Origin: Nitrospirales bacterium
GTDB lineage: Bacteria; Nitrospirota; Nitrospiria; Nitrospirales; UBA8639
Length of the DNA: 64,000 nt
NCBI GenBank assembly: GCA_965204965.1
Contig: OZ242026.1
Coordinates: forward strand, 1,738,458-1,802,457
Direction: 5' to 3'
Shown: positions 54,235-64,000 of the stretch, in pieces
How positions within the stretch are numbered: position 1 is the first letter of the stretch
Layout: the number at the start of each line of letters is the position of its first letter
Made by a program: the position numbers and the translations under genes
The notes under the pieces: generated by a model
Seen by the model: only the letters and a program-made list of their open reading frames with translations
What the model was told of the DNA's origin: nothing
Database searches by the model: none

Positions 54235-54453
54235 CTATTTGAAGCGATAGGTGATCCGTCCCCTCGTGAGGTCATACGGAGACAACTCCACGGTCACTTT
54301 ATCGCCCGGAAGAATGCGAATAAAATGCATCCGCATCTTCCCTGAAATATGTGCCAAAATCTTATGCCCACTCTCCAATTGAACCCGAAACATGGCATTG
54401 GGCAACGTTTCCATGATCACCCCTTGTACTTCAATGACGTCTTCCTTTGCCAT
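54235..54453 (-). CDS. infA: translation initiation factor IF-1
   Basis: [41 protein letters not shown]. Confidence 0.95.
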   Translation of the reverse strand: MAKEDVIEVQGVIMETLPNAMFRVQLESGHKILAHISGKMRMHFIRILPGDKVTVELSPYDLTRGRITYRFK

Positions 54454-55247
54454 CAGCCTGAAACCGCGTCGCTATGAATTGAGACGCTGACCTGCTCCTT
54501 GACCGTCGTCAAAATCACGGGTGGCCCTTCGGGTTGAACCGCCACGGTATGTTCAAAATGCGCCGACAGGCTCCCGTCTTTCGTGACGGCGGTCCATTGG
54601 TCGTCCAGCACTTTCACCTGCGGCCCCCCGACGTTCACCATGGGCTCGATGGCCAACACCATCCCGAACTGAAGACGCGAGCCTTGCCCCGGACGCCCAT
54701 AATTGGGAACTTGCGGCTCCTCATGAAGTTGCCGGCCGATCCCATGCCCCACAAAATCCCTCACGACGGAAAATCCGTGTGCTTCCACGTACCGTTGAAT
54801 CGCATGACCGATGTCGGACAGCCGGTTCCCGACCCGGGCTTGATCGATCCCTTTATGCATCGCCGCTTCCGTCACCTTGAGCAGGGTGTCGATGTCGTCC
54901 GAAACCGGGCCCACGGGCACCGTCACGGCCCCATCGCCATAAAATCCCTGAACAATCGCCCCCAAGTCAAGCCCGACGATATCCCCTTCCTTCAGTTCCC
55001 GGTTGGAGGGAATCCCATGAACCACTTCATGATTCACCGAGGCACAGAGGGTATTGGGGAAACTACGGTACCCCTTGAAGGCCGGAACGCCCCCGTGGTC
55101 ACGAATGAACGTCTCTGCCAGTTCGTCCAAATATAACGTGGTGACACCGGGTCTGACCTCCTGTTGCAGCACCTGATGCGCTTCAGCCACAATCTTCGAA
55201 GCTTGGGCCATCAACGCAATTTCTTCCTCGGTCTTGAGCATGATCAT
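54453..55247 (-). CDS. map: type I methionine aminopeptidase
   Basis: VCHGIP-like [18 protein letters not shown] and [10 protein letters not shown]. Confidence 0.95.
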   Translation of the reverse strand: MIMLKTEEEIALMAQASKIVAEAHQVLQQEVRPGVTTLYLDELAETFIRDHGGVPAFKGYRSFPNTLCASVNHEVVHGIPSNRELKEGDIVGLDLGAIVQGFYGDGAVTVPVGPVSDDIDTLLKVTEAAMHKGIDQARVGNRLSDIGHAIQRYVEAHGFSVVRDFVGHGIGRQLHEEPQVPNYGRPGQGSRLQFGMVLAIEPMVNVGGPQVKVLDDQWTAVTKDGSLSAHFEHTVAVQPEGPPVILTTVKEQVSVSIHSDAVSG

Positions 55248-55253
55248 GAAGCG

Positions 55254-55901
55254 CTACGCCCCGGACACCAATGCCAGCAACCGCTCCTGGACTTGATCAA
55301 CGGGTCCCGCACCGTCCAATTCGGCCAACACCTGTTTCTCTTGATAATAGTCAATCAAGGGTGACGTTTGCTCTTCATAGACCACCAGCCTCGATTCCAC
55401 CGTCTCCCGTTTATCGTCGCTCCGTTGAACGAGGGCCGCCCCGCACTCGTCACAGCGTCCATCCTGCTTGGGCGGCACGTAATCGACGTGATACACCGCC
55501 GAACAGGCTGAGCAACTTCGTCGTCCGCTCAACCGCTTCACCACTTCCTCGCGGGGGATCACGAAATAGATGACCCGATCCAGCGCCACCTCCTGCTCTT
55601 GAAGAATGTCCGACAACGCGTCCGCCTGAAGAATGGTTCGCGGAAATCCATCAAGAATAAATCCCTTTTCACATTCGGCGGACGCAATTTTTTCCGCGAC
55701 GAGGCCGATCACCACCTTGTCGGGCACGAGTTCTCCTCGCGTCATGTACTGCTGCGCTTCAAGCCCCAACGGCGTCTTTTGGGCCACACCCGTTCGCAAC
55801 AAGTCCCCCGTGGAAATTTTTGGTATCGCCAGTTTGGCGGCCACCATTTCGGCCTGCGTGCCCTTGCCCACTCCGGGCGCACCGAGAAAAACGAGTCGCA
55901 T
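55254..55901 (-). CDS. adk: adenylate kinase (zinc-lid type)
   Basis: MRLVFLGAPGVGKGTQA, with lid residues C..C...C..C (CSACSAV...CDECG). Confidence 0.95.
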   Translation of the reverse strand: MRLVFLGAPGVGKGTQAEMVAAKLAIPKISTGDLLRTGVAQKTPLGLEAQQYMTRGELVPDKVVIGLVAEKIASAECEKGFILDGFPRTILQADALSDILQEQEVALDRVIYFVIPREEVVKRLSGRRSCSACSAVYHVDYVPPKQDGRCDECGAALVQRSDDKRETVESRLVVYEEQTSPLIDYYQEKQVLAELDGAGPVDQVQERLLALVSGA

Positions 55902-55907
55902 GGCGTG

Positions 55908-57221
55908 CTATCCGCTCCGGCCTTTCAATTTTCCCTTGGCCAGGAAGCCCTCATAATTCCGCATCAGCATGTGAGACTCGATTTGTTGAGCGGTATCCAA
56001 CCCGACCCCCACGACAATCAACAACGAGGTCCCACCGAAATAAAAGGGCACGTTCAACTTATATATCAACAATTCCGGAATCACGCAGACGATCGCCAGG
56101 TAAATGGAACCGGCAAACGTAATCCGGGTGAGAACCCGGTAAATATAATCGGCCGTGCGCTGCCCAGGACGAATACCCGGAATAAAGCCTCCATACTTTT
56201 TCATGTTGTCTGCCATATCGACCGGATTCAACACGACCGCCGTATAGAAAAAACAGAAGAAAATAATCATGCTCACGTACATCAACGTATAGACGACCGA
56301 GCCCGGCGCCAAATGCGCCCCCAAGGCCTGCACCCACGGCACCTGAATAAATGAGGTAATCGTGGCCGGAAAGGCAATAATCGAAGACGCAAAAATCGGC
56401 GGAATCACGCCTGCCGTATTGATTTTCAAGGGAATATGCGTGCTTTGCCCCCCATACACCCTGCGTCCGACAACCCGTTTGGCATATTGAACCGGAACCC
56501 GTCGCCTTCCGCTTTCCAGGAACACGATAGCCGTAATCACGGCCAACATGCTCACGACCAACAGAATCAGGAAGAGCAGGCTCAGTTCCCCGACCCGGTA
56601 CATTTCAAAGGTTTGGGCAACCGCGCTTGGAAGACGGGCGACGATCCCGGCGAAAATGATCAGCGAGATGCCGTTCCCCACTCCGCGCTCGGTGATTTGT
56701 TCACCCAACCACATGAGGAACGCGGTTCCCGCGGTCAGCGTAATCACGGTCATGAACCGAAACGGCCAGCCCGGCTCCAACACGTATTGACCGCCGTTCA
56801 TGCCTTCGAGCCCCAGGGCGATCCCGAACCCCTGGATCAGGGCGATCCCGATGGTGCCGTAGCGGGTATATTGAATGATCGTCTTTCTTCCTCGTTCACC
56901 CTCCTTGGCCAGTTTCGATAAATGCGGGATTACCACCGTCAAGAGTTGCAGGATAATCGACGCACTGATGTAGGGCATGATGCCCAACGCAAAAATCGTT
57001 AACCGTGATAGCGAACCTCCGGAAAAAATATCCAGGAACCCGAGGAGGGCTCCGCCTTGATCCAATAAGAATTGCGCCAATTCATCATTGTTGATCCCCG
57101 GAGTCGGAATATGAGCTCCAATCCGGTACACAGCCAACATTGCCAACGTAAACAGGACACGGCTACGTAACTCCGGTATTTTAAGGATGTTCTGGAAGCT
57201 CGTAATGAGCCGTTCAAGCAC
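55908..57221 (-). CDS. secY: preprotein translocase subunit SecY
   Basis: IPELRSRVLFTLAMLAVYRIGAHIPTPG and 10 TM segments. The start was trimmed to GTG at 57221, overlapping the rplO stop, rather than the 82-nt overlapping ORF start. Confidence 0.9.
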   Translation of the reverse strand: MLERLITSFQNILKIPELRSRVLFTLAMLAVYRIGAHIPTPGINNDELAQFLLDQGGALLGFLDIFSGGSLSRLTIFALGIMPYISASIILQLLTVVIPHLSKLAKEGERGRKTIIQYTRYGTIGIALIQGFGIALGLEGMNGGQYVLEPGWPFRFMTVITLTAGTAFLMWLGEQITERGVGNGISLIIFAGIVARLPSAVAQTFEMYRVGELSLLFLILLVVSMLAVITAIVFLESGRRRVPVQYAKRVVGRRVYGGQSTHIPLKINTAGVIPPIFASSIIAFPATITSFIQVPWVQALGAHLAPGSVVYTLMYVSMIIFFCFFYTAVVLNPVDMADNMKKYGGFIPGIRPGQRTADYIYRVLTRITFAGSIYLAIVCVIPELLIYKLNVPFYFGGTSLLIVVGVGLDTAQQIESHMLMRNYEGFLAKGKLKGRSG

Positions 57222-57657
57222 GGCCGATGACCTTGGCTTGTCCGCCCGCCTGTTCAATCTTCCGAAGAGCCGACTGACTGAATTTATGCGCTTCAATAGT
57301 CATGGGCTTGTCCAGCTCTCCGACACCAAGAATCTTGATGGGCTTTGACTGCTTCTTGACAATCCGCTTCTCATAGAGGACTTGAGGAGTCACGTTCTGG
57401 TCGAGGGCAGCTAGGGTTTTGAGATTGACCACGGCGAATTCGATGCGAAACGGATTGTGAAATCCTCGTTTGGGCAACCTCCGTGCGAGCGGCATTTGAC
57501 CGCCTTCAAATCCCGCGACGTTCGCCCTCCCGGAACGAGCGAGCATACCTTTATGCCCCTTGCCGGCCGTCTTTCCCAACCCCGAGCCCGGACCTCGCCC
57601 TAAACGTTTTTTCGATTTCCTGGAACCCGGCGCCGGCTGCAATTGATGAAGTTTCAT
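57214..57657 (-). CDS. rplO: 50S ribosomal protein L15
   Basis: [37 protein letters not shown]. Confidence 0.95.
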   Translation of the reverse strand: MKLHQLQPAPGSRKSKKRLGRGPGSGLGKTAGKGHKGMLARSGRANVAGFEGGQMPLARRLPKRGFHNPFRIEFAVVNLKTLAALDQNVTPQVLYEKRIVKKQSKPIKILGVGELDKPMTIEAHKFSQSALRKIEQAGGQAKVIGRA

Positions 57658-57860
57658 TGATCGTTGACCTCAACGAGATGCTTGACCTTTCGGAGCAACC
57701 CCAACACCTGGGGCGTCTTGGGGCGTTGCACCGTTTGATGGAGCTTTCGTAACCCAAGCCCCTGTAAATACAGGCGCTGTTTATGGGGTCGTCCGATGGG
57801 ACTATGCTTCAGCGTAATGGATAGCTGATCAGGAGATTGAGACACAGCGCTATTCCTCAC
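57654..57860 (-). CDS. rpmD: 50S ribosomal protein L30
   Basis: LSITLKHSPIGRPHKQRLYLQGLGLRKLHQTV, positioned between rpsE and rplO. The exact start is uncertain. Confidence 0.85.
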   Translation of the reverse strand: MRNSAVSQSPDQLSITLKHSPIGRPHKQRLYLQGLGLRKLHQTVQRPKTPQVLGLLRKVKHLVEVNDQ

Positions 57861-57866
57861 ACCACG

Positions 57867-58364
57867 TTAGAGTGACGGCTCATTCGAGACCTGACGGAGT
57901 TGCTTGACGTCTTCCGGGCCCTTGAGTTGGGACAAGCCGGCCAACGTGGCCTGCACCACGTTATAGGGGTTGCCGCGGCCCAAGGTCTTCGCAATGATAT
58001 TGTGCGCCCCGAGCACTTCCAAAATGGCTCGAACCGCCCCGCCCGCGATGATCCCCGTCCCTGCTTTCGCCGGTTTCATGTATACGTGTTCCCCACAGAA
58101 ACGCCCGTGCACGTCATGGGGGATACTGCCGTTTCTCAGAGGGACCTGAAGCAGTTGCTTCTTGGCCCGGCCAACGGCTTTGGCAATAGCCGGCGGCACC
58201 TCGGTAGCCTTGCCCTTGCCGATGCCAACCCATCCCTGTCCATCCCCGACCACGACCAGGGCGCTGAAAGAAAACCGCTTTCCGCCTTTGACGACTTTTG
58301 CCACCCGGTTAATCGAGATTAACTTGTCTTTAAGGTTCAATTCTTCGGGGTTGACTTGTTGCAC
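57867..58364 (-). CDS. rpsE: 30S ribosomal protein S5
   Basis: [25 protein letters not shown]. Confidence 0.95.
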   Translation of the reverse strand: MQQVNPEELNLKDKLISINRVAKVVKGGKRFSFSALVVVGDGQGWVGIGKGKATEVPPAIAKAVGRAKKQLLQVPLRNGSIPHDVHGRFCGEHVYMKPAKAGTGIIAGGAVRAILEVLGAHNIIAKTLGRGNPYNVVQATLAGLSQLKGPEDVKQLRQVSNEPSL

Positions 58365-58382
58365 CGAATGCCATCCTCTTCG

Positions 58383-58748
58383 TTAAAAGGCCAGACCACC
58401 TTCACGGGACGCGTCCGCCAAGGCTTTGACTCGTCCATGATACAGTCGCCCGTTCCGGTCGAACACGACGCCGGTCACCTTCGCAGCCCTGGCCCGTTCG
58501 GCCAACAATTTCCCGACGACTTGCGCGGCCTCCTTCGACGAACCGGACTTTATGGTTTCGCGCAGTCCGGCGTCCATGGATGACGCAGCGGCCAAGGTGA
58601 GACCCGCAACGTCATCGACAACTTGGGCGTAAATGTGTGCATTGCTTCGAAACACGGTCAGTCTGGGCCGTTGAGACGTACCCTGAACTTTTTTTCTGAC
58701 CCGTGTTTTGCGTCGCTCCAACCGGCGACGTTGCGTCTTGAGATTCAT
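58383..58748 (-). CDS. rplR: 50S ribosomal protein L18
   Basis: [20 protein letters not shown]...[27 protein letters not shown]. Confidence 0.95.
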   Translation of the reverse strand: MNLKTQRRRLERRKTRVRKKVQGTSQRPRLTVFRSNAHIYAQVVDDVAGLTLAAASSMDAGLRETIKSGSSKEAAQVVGKLLAERARAAKVTGVVFDRNGRLYHGRVKALADASREGGLAF

Positions 58749-58751
58749 ATG

Positions 58752-59291
58752 TTATTTCTTCCCGGCTTTCCCGGCTTTCTTGATCAGGACTTCACCTGCG
58801 TACCTGATGCCTTTTTGCTTATAGACGTCGGGCGGTCTCACGCGGCGAATATTAGCGGCCGTCTGGGTCACGACCCGTTTATCAATACCTTTGATGGAAA
58901 TCATGGTTTGCTTCTCAACCGACGCCTGCACGCCTTCCGGGACCGCCACGGTCACAGGATGCGCAAAACCGACGTTTAACGTCAGCGCTTGCCCCTGCAC
59001 TTGCGCCCTGTACCCCACCCCGGTCAATTCCAGTGTGCGTTCAAACCCCTTGGTCACACCCTCGACCAGATTCGCCAGTTCAACACGTGTCAGTCCATGG
59101 AGGGCTTTGACGCGCGGCGCATGCCACCGCCGACCCACCTGGATAGCTCCCTCGTTGATGGTCACGTCAATCCCGTCGGCGAGTTCCCACCCCAATTGGC
59201 CCAGAGGCCCCTTGACGGAAACGGAACTCCCTTCCACCTTCACCTCGACGGTGGAGGCCAGTGCAATTGGTTTGATACCGATCCTAGACAT
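58752..59291 (-). CDS. rplF: 50S ribosomal protein L6
   Basis: MSRIGIKPIALASTVEVKVEGSSVSVKGPLG. Confidence 0.95.
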   Translation of the reverse strand: MSRIGIKPIALASTVEVKVEGSSVSVKGPLGQLGWELADGIDVTINEGAIQVGRRWHAPRVKALHGLTRVELANLVEGVTKGFERTLELTGVGYRAQVQGQALTLNVGFAHPVTVAVPEGVQASVEKQTMISIKGIDKRVVTQTAANIRRVRPPDVYKQKGIRYAGEVLIKKAGKAGKK

Positions 59292-59336
59292 CGTTGACCT
59301 GACTGCTTCGTTGGGATAAACCTGTTCGTCCCAGCC

Positions 59337-59741
59337 CTACCAAACGTGACACAACACCTCTCCTCCGATACTTTGCTGTCTGGCCTGCCGGTCGGTCATG
59401 ACCCCTATCGAGGTCGACAACACCGCAACCCCCAGCCCGCCCCGCACTCGAGGAATGGAGGAAACCCCCACGTACACGCGCTTGCCGGGCTTGCTGACCC
59501 GTTTGATTTTCTCGATCACGGGTTTCTTTTCCCGTCCGGGGACATACCGCAATTCCACCTGAAGACCCGGATGCCCATCGAGCGTGGTGGGTGAGAAATT
59601 TTGAATAAACCCCTCGTCCTTAAAGACGGCAAGCACGTTGGCCTTCAACTTGGAGGCGGGAACGTTGACCGTCGCGTGCCCCCGTCGAATGGCATTCATG
59701 ATGCGAATAAAAAGATCGGCAATTGGATCAGTCATACTCAT
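59337..59741 (-). CDS. rpsH: 30S ribosomal protein S8
   Basis: MTDPIADLFIRIMNAIRRGH. Confidence 0.95.
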   Translation of the reverse strand: MSMTDPIADLFIRIMNAIRRGHATVNVPASKLKANVLAVFKDEGFIQNFSPTTLDGHPGLQVELRYVPGREKKPVIEKIKRVSKPGKRVYVGVSSIPRVRGGLGVAVLSTSIGVMTDRQARQQSIGGEVLCHVW

Positions 59742-59778
59742 AACGTCATACCCTTATCATCCGCAGCCTGGCGCCGGG

Positions 59779-59964
59779 CTACCAACTCGACTTGGTGACC
59801 CCCGGAATGTTTCCGCGCAGGCTATGCAGCCGGAAACAAATCCGGCACATGTGGAAGCGGCGCAAAAAGGCCCTCACGCGACCACAGAGAGGGCAGCGAT
59901 TATATCGCCGGACGGGAAATTTCGGCTCAGCCGCCTGCTTGTTCCGTAATGCTTTTCTTGCCAC
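59779..59964 (-). CDS. rpsN: 30S ribosomal protein S14, type Z (zinc-binding, 61 aa)
   Basis: [45 protein letters not shown]. The GTG start was chosen to give the canonical 61 aa. Confidence 0.9.
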   Translation of the reverse strand: MARKALRNKQAAEPKFPVRRYNRCPLCGRVRAFLRRFHMCRICFRLHSLRGNIPGVTKSSW

Positions 59965-59990
59965 GCAAGCCTCCGTCTCAATCACTTAGT

Positions 59991-60587
59991 TCAACGAAAC
60001 GGCATGCCGAGATGACTCAGCAAGGATTTAGCCTCGTCATTTCGTTGAGCGCTCGTCACAATGGTAATATCCATCCCATGGATGGCTGCCACGTCGTCAT
60101 ATTTGATTTCAGGAAAGGTCAACTGCTCCTTCAACCCGAACGTATAGTTACCACGGCCATCAAACGCCTTGGGGGAAACTCCCCGAAAATCCCGAATCCG
60201 GGGCAAGCCAACGTTCAGCAAACGATCCAGAAATTCATACATCCGGCTACCGCGAAGCGTGACCTTGGCTCCGGTCGGCATCCCCTGTCGCACCTTGAAA
60301 CCGGCGATGGCTTTCTTCGCCCTGGTCACGACGGGCTTCTGCCCCGTAATCAAGGCCAATTCGGCCACGGCACTTTCCAGCAACTTGACCTCTTGAATGG
60401 CTTCTCCCATACCGACGTTCAGGACCACTCTTTCCACGCGAGGCACTTGCATCGGGTTGGCATACGAGAATTCCTTCATCATCCGGGGGACCACGTCATT
60501 CCGGTAGAGATCCCGTAACCGCGGAGGAGGTCCTGCCTGTGCAGCCTTGGGTTTGGCCGCCGGTTTGGTTTCTTTTTTCGCCATCAC
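59991..60587 (-). CDS. rplE: 50S ribosomal protein L5
   Basis: [42 protein letters not shown]. Confidence 0.95.
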   Translation of the reverse strand: MMAKKETKPAAKPKAAQAGPPPRLRDLYRNDVVPRMMKEFSYANPMQVPRVERVVLNVGMGEAIQEVKLLESAVAELALITGQKPVVTRAKKAIAGFKVRQGMPTGAKVTLRGSRMYEFLDRLLNVGLPRIRDFRGVSPKAFDGRGNYTFGLKEQLTFPEIKYDDVAAIHGMDITIVTSAQRNDEAKSLLSHLGMPFR

Positions 60588-60946
60588 ACCTTATCCAACA
60601 CGTCATCAGGACTTTTCTGTAAGACTCGAACCCGACGCCCATCATCCAATCGTTTGATTGCGACCCGTGAAGGCTTCCCCAAAGCCTGGGAATATACCAT
60701 GACGTTTGAAATCGCCAGGGGCGCCTCGCGCTCCAAAATGCCGCCTTGCTTCATCTTTTGGGAAGGCTTCGTGTGCCGCTTAATCACGTTGATTTTTTCC
60801 ACCGTCACCCGGCTTGTCCGCGGATCCACGTGCAAGACCTTCCCCATTTTCCCTTTCTCCCGTCCGGCAATCACAATCACCGTATCGCCCTTGCGAATAC
60901 GCGATTTCGTCACCGAGGGGCTTCCATTCGCAGTTCGGGTCCCCAT
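60584..60946 (-). CDS. rplX: 50S ribosomal protein L24
   Basis: [22 protein letters not shown] (KOW motif). The start may be internal. Confidence 0.9.
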   Translation of the reverse strand: MGTRTANGSPSVTKSRIRKGDTVIVIAGREKGKMGKVLHVDPRTSRVTVEKINVIKRHTKPSQKMKQGGILEREAPLAISNVMVYSQALGKPSRVAIKRLDDGRRVRVLQKSPDDVLDKV

Positions 60947-60951
60947 GGGTC

Positions 60952-61320
60952 CTACAACACCTCCGGAGCAAGAGAAATGATTTTCATGAACTTCTTTTTC
61001 CTTAATTCCCGGGCAACGGGCCCGAAGATTCTCGTGCCCACGGGATCCCCTTGATTATTCACCAGCACACACGCATTACGATCGAAGCGAATATAGGAGC
61101 CATCCTCGCGGCGCCGGCTCTTTTTCGTTCGCACGATCACCGCTTTGACCACGTCACCTTTCTTGACGGACGCTTTGGGTATGGCTTCTCGAACCGACAC
61201 GACTACAACGTCGCCGATGCCTCCATACCGCCGGCGGGTCCCACCCAACACGTGAAAGCACCGCACGCTCTTCGCGCCTGAATTATCCGCGACGTCAAGG
61301 TAACTGTAATTTTGAATCAT
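60952..61320 (-). CDS. rplN: 50S ribosomal protein L14
   Basis: [27 protein letters not shown]. Confidence 0.95.
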   Translation of the reverse strand: MIQNYSYLDVADNSGAKSVRCFHVLGGTRRRYGGIGDVVVVSVREAIPKASVKKGDVVKAVIVRTKKSRRREDGSYIRFDRNACVLVNNQGDPVGTRIFGPVARELRKKKFMKIISLAPEVL

Positions 61321-61350
61321 CGGAACACCACGCCATTTCCGGTTCGCCGT

Positions 61351-61620
61351 TTACGCCGACGGATTCTGTTCGCCCCGCTCGACTATGGCCGCCACCCGCC
61401 AATGCTTATCTTTGCTGAGCGGGCGCGTCTCCACGATTTTCACGCGATCGCCGATCCGGGATTCATTTTTTTCATCATGGGCCTTCAACTTGGTCAGACG
61501 TCGCACAACCTTTCCGTACAACGCGTGCGACACCAATCTCGGGACCGCCACAACGACCGTTTTATCCATTTTATCGCTGATCACGCGTCCATACGATGCC
61601 CGTTGCCGTCTTACAGTCAT
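61351..61620 (-). CDS. rpsQ: 30S ribosomal protein S17
   Basis: [16 protein letters not shown]...[27 protein letters not shown]. Confidence 0.95.
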   Translation of the reverse strand: MTVRRQRASYGRVISDKMDKTVVVAVPRLVSHALYGKVVRRLTKLKAHDEKNESRIGDRVKIVETRPLSKDKHWRVAAIVERGEQNPSA

Positions 61621-61626
61621 ATCTCG

Positions 61627-61842
61627 TCAACCCTCGCCTTTCGATTGCGCCGACGCTCGCTTTTCACGAAGGACGGTCTTGGCCCTGGCCACGTCCTTCC
61701 GTGCCTGACGAATTTTCATCGGATTTTCAATGCGTCCAAGGGCATGTTGGCAGCGGAGGTGAAACAATTCCTGTTTCAACTCATGCACTTTCCCGACCAA
61801 TTCTTCCGCTTCCATGCCTTGTAATTCTTTGACGTCCATCAA
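61627..61842 (-). CDS. rpmC: 50S ribosomal protein L29
   Basis: ELVGKVHELKQELFHLRCQHALGRIENPMKIRQARKDVARAKTVL. Confidence 0.9.
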   Translation of the reverse strand: MMDVKELQGMEAEELVGKVHELKQELFHLRCQHALGRIENPMKIRQARKDVARAKTVLREKRASAQSKGEG

Positions 61843-61848
61843 TGCGCC

Positions 61849-62268
61849 TCAGACGGGATATTCTCCTCTGGCGACGAATTTCGTCGCCAACGGCAGTTTG
61901 TGACCGGCCAAACGAAACGCCTCTTCCGCGACGCTTCTCGTCACGTCATCCATTTCGTAGAGAATACGACCGGGCTTCACCACGGCCACCCAAAACTCGG
62001 GGTTCCCTTTACCCTTCCCCATTCGCACTTCCGCAGGCTTCTTGGTGACGGGCTTATCAGGAAAGATCCGCGTCCAGATTCTCCCGCCACGCTTGACGTG
62101 GCGCGTCATCGCGATTCTCGCCGCCTCGATTTGCCTGGCGGTAATCCGGCCGGGCTCGAGAACCTTGAGCCCGAACTGACCGAAAGACACGTCCCCGCCA
62201 CGGTAGGCCTTCCCCCGCATGTTGCCTTTTTGCACTTTTCGAAACTTAACTTTTTTCGGAGCTAACAT
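61849..62268 (-). CDS. rplP: 50S ribosomal protein L16
   Basis: [24 protein letters not shown]. Confidence 0.95.
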   Translation of the reverse strand: MLAPKKVKFRKVQKGNMRGKAYRGGDVSFGQFGLKVLEPGRITARQIEAARIAMTRHVKRGGRIWTRIFPDKPVTKKPAEVRMGKGKGNPEFWVAVVKPGRILYEMDDVTRSVAEEAFRLAGHKLPLATKFVARGEYPV

Positions 62269-62336
62269 ATTTTAGGTCCATCAAGTTTTTGCGTATCCGC
62301 ATCAGACGCTCTTATCCGTGCGGTATCTATCACTCT

Positions 62337-63002
62337 CTACAACAAATTCAGCGACGCTTCGTCTTTCACCGCGTTCGGCAACTCGGCATCACCTTTATAA
62401 ATCCACGCCTTCACCCCGATAATCCCCATGGTCGTATGAGCTTCCGCAAACCCGTAATCAACGTCAGCCCTGAGCGTATGAAGCGGAACCCGGCCTTCCC
62501 GATACCATTCCGTCCTGGCAATTTCATTGCCGCCCAACCGTCCGGCACACGACACCCGAACGCCTTGAGCCCCCAAGCGAAGCGCCGAAGCCACGCTTCT
62601 TTTCATGGCGCGACGAAATGAAACGCGTTTCTCCAATTGCAAGGCGATGTTTTCAGAAACCAACTGCGCATCCAACTCCGGCTTCTTGATTTCCTTCACC
62701 GTCACGTAGACTTCCCGGCCATACCGTTGCTCCAGCATCGCCTTCAACTTATCAACCTCCGCACCCTTTCTCCCGATGATAATACCGGGACGGGCCGTAT
62801 AGATGATCACCTTCACCTGATTTCCGGAACGCTCGATCTCCACCCGTGAAATACCGGCGTGAAACAACCGGGATTTGACCGTCTGACGAATCTCGACGTC
62901 CTCATGCAGGAGTTTCACGAAATCTTTTTTGGCGTACCACCGGGAATTCCACGTCCTGGTGTACCCCAGCCGAAAACCATATGGATGTGTTTTTTGTCCC
63001 AT
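62337..63002 (-). CDS. rpsC: 30S ribosomal protein S3
   Basis: [24 protein letters not shown]. Confidence 0.95.
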   Translation of the reverse strand: MGQKTHPYGFRLGYTRTWNSRWYAKKDFVKLLHEDVEIRQTVKSRLFHAGISRVEIERSGNQVKVIIYTARPGIIIGRKGAEVDKLKAMLEQRYGREVYVTVKEIKKPELDAQLVSENIALQLEKRVSFRRAMKRSVASALRLGAQGVRVSCAGRLGGNEIARTEWYREGRVPLHTLRADVDYGFAEAHTTMGIIGVKAWIYKGDAELPNAVKDEASLNLL

Positions 63003-63053
63003 ACTCCGGTTCTACCTCGCTCCGTCAACGGAAACGGTTGCCCGTGACTTCCT

Positions 63054-63401
63054 CTAGGAATCCTCTTTCGTCGGAGAAACCGCTATCGTCAAATGACTGG
63101 TTCGCTTATGGATGGGATTCGCCCTGCCCATGGACCTGGCTCGAAACCGCTTTAAAACGGGACCTCCATCGACGTAGGCTCTTGAAATTTTCAACGATTC
63201 CGCGTCCCCCAGTTCCTGTTGTCCGGCATTCGCGACCGCGGAATGCAACACCTTTTCCACGACCGGGGACGCGGCCCTGGGCAAATACTTGAGAACGGTC
63301 AACGCCTCGGACACACCACGCCCGCGAATGAGGTCGACAACCATCCGCACTTTTCGCGGCGTCATTCTCACGTAGCGCAAGACTGCCTTTGCTTCAGCCA
63401 T
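63054..63401 (-). CDS. rplV: 50S ribosomal protein L22
   Basis: [27 protein letters not shown]. Confidence 0.95.
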   Translation of the reverse strand: MAEAKAVLRYVRMTPRKVRMVVDLIRGRGVSEALTVLKYLPRAASPVVEKVLHSAVANAGQQELGDAESLKISRAYVDGGPVLKRFRARSMGRANPIHKRTSHLTIAVSPTKEDS

Positions 63402-63434
63402 AAGATCCCTTCCCTGCTGCTCCCTCAAGTCACG

Positions 63435-63722
63435 CTACTTTAATGGAACGGCCTTTTCCGATTTGGCGGCTCCATGCCCCTTAAAAAACCGGGTCGGAGA
63501 AAATTCTCCAAGTTTATGCCCAACCATATTTTCCGTCACGTAGACCGGCAGAAACTTTTTCCCGTTGTGTACCGCAAACGTATGACCAATCATTTCAGGG
63601 ATAATAGTAGAACGACGCGACCAGGTCTTGATGATTTTCATATCGCGAGAGTCGTTCATTCTTTCCACCTTTTCCAGGAGGTGGGTATCAACAAACGGTC
63701 CTTTATGAATCGAACGCGGCAT
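63435..63722 (-). CDS. rpsS: 30S ribosomal protein S19
   Basis: [19 protein letters not shown]...[23 protein letters not shown]. Confidence 0.95.
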   Translation of the reverse strand: MPRSIHKGPFVDTHLLEKVERMNDSRDMKIIKTWSRRSTIIPEMIGHTFAVHNGKKFLPVYVTENMVGHKLGEFSPTRFFKGHGAAKSEKAVPLK

Positions 63723-63737
63723 CGACGCTGGGTCTCC

Positions 63738-64000
63738 TTATTTCGTCCGTCTGGAGATAATGAATTTCGACGACTGTTTCTTCTTCCGGGTCTTGAAGCC
63801 TTTGGTCGGAACCCCCCAAGGGGAAACGGGATGCGGGTTGCCTTGCCCGGACTTCCCTTCGCCCCCGCCATGAGGATGGTCGACCGGATTCATCACGACC
63901 CCTCGGACGTGGGGCCGTTTTCCCATCCACCTGGAACGACCGGCCTTCCCCACGGAAACGTTCTCATGATCGAGGTTCCCAATTTGGCCTACGGTGGCCA
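63738..64000 (-). CDS. rplB: 50S ribosomal protein L2, C-terminal part (gene continues past the right edge)
   Basis: [30 protein letters not shown]. Confidence 0.9.
   Translation of the reverse strand, partial: ATVGQIGNLDHENVSVGKAGRSRWMGKRPHVRGVVMNPVDHPHGGGEGKSGQGNPHPVSPWGVPTKGFKTRKKKQSSKFIISRRTK

Noticed and set aside
55599-56354. 251-aa + strand ORF opposite adk and secY
   Set aside because: It is an antisense shadow ORF.
1-64000. Search for tRNA, rRNA, tmRNA, integrase or transposase genes and CRISPR arrays
   Set aside because: None was recognisable by eye in any intergenic region. The mobile-looking features are limited to the non-autonomous 142-bp element and the pseudogene fragments.

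Overview
This 64-kb window comes from a diderm (Gram-negative-type) bacterium, as shown by Lpt, TonB/ExbBD and outer-membrane barrel genes. I cannot assign a taxon from the sequence alone. It splits into two parts.

(1) Bases 1-34,860, mostly + strand, look accessory and repeat-rich, with a metal-acquisition and envelope theme:
- An ApbE flavin transferase with an FMN_bind substrate protein, a porin-like barrel, a lipoprotein and a His-rich 4-TM protein.
- An AraC-type regulator translationally coupled to a MacAB-like exporter (HlyD adaptor, ABC ATPase, two FtsX permeases).
- tonB-exbB-exbD-DUF2141.
- Three tandem paralogous TonB-dependent receptors (TBDRs) with heme-receptor-like FRAP/NPNL-type motifs.
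- A membrane-fused spermidine-synthase-like/TPR protein split by an in-frame TAG.
- A secreted tandem CbiX-like (class II chelatase fold) protein, and small secreted KADGE-repeat peptides.
- Two Com-like zinc-ribbon genes.
- A decayed TBDR::CobN/HmuS-like remnant, an HD-GYP-like protein and a PIN/TRAM protein.
- A roughly 1.7-kb stretch of pseudogene fragments copied from genes elsewhere in the window.

(2) Bases 34,860-64,000, all - strand, are core housekeeping: glnD, nadE, a GAF-ANTAR regulator, aroB, aroC, pilMNO(P), rapZ, rpoN, lptBAC, then the rplQ-rpoA-rpsD-rpsK-rpsM-rpmJ-infA-map-adk-secY block and the spc/S10 ribosomal operons up to a partial rplB.

The most interesting non-genic signals are:
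- A composite regulatory module (two 21-bp-phased direct repeats plus a Fur-box-like AT block) present six times in front of the uptake genes.
- A 142-bp MITE-like element with 14-bp terminal inverted repeats in three copies, two of them flanking rplQ.
- Two families of GC-rich REP-like palindromes.

No rRNA, tRNA or CRISPR array was recognised.
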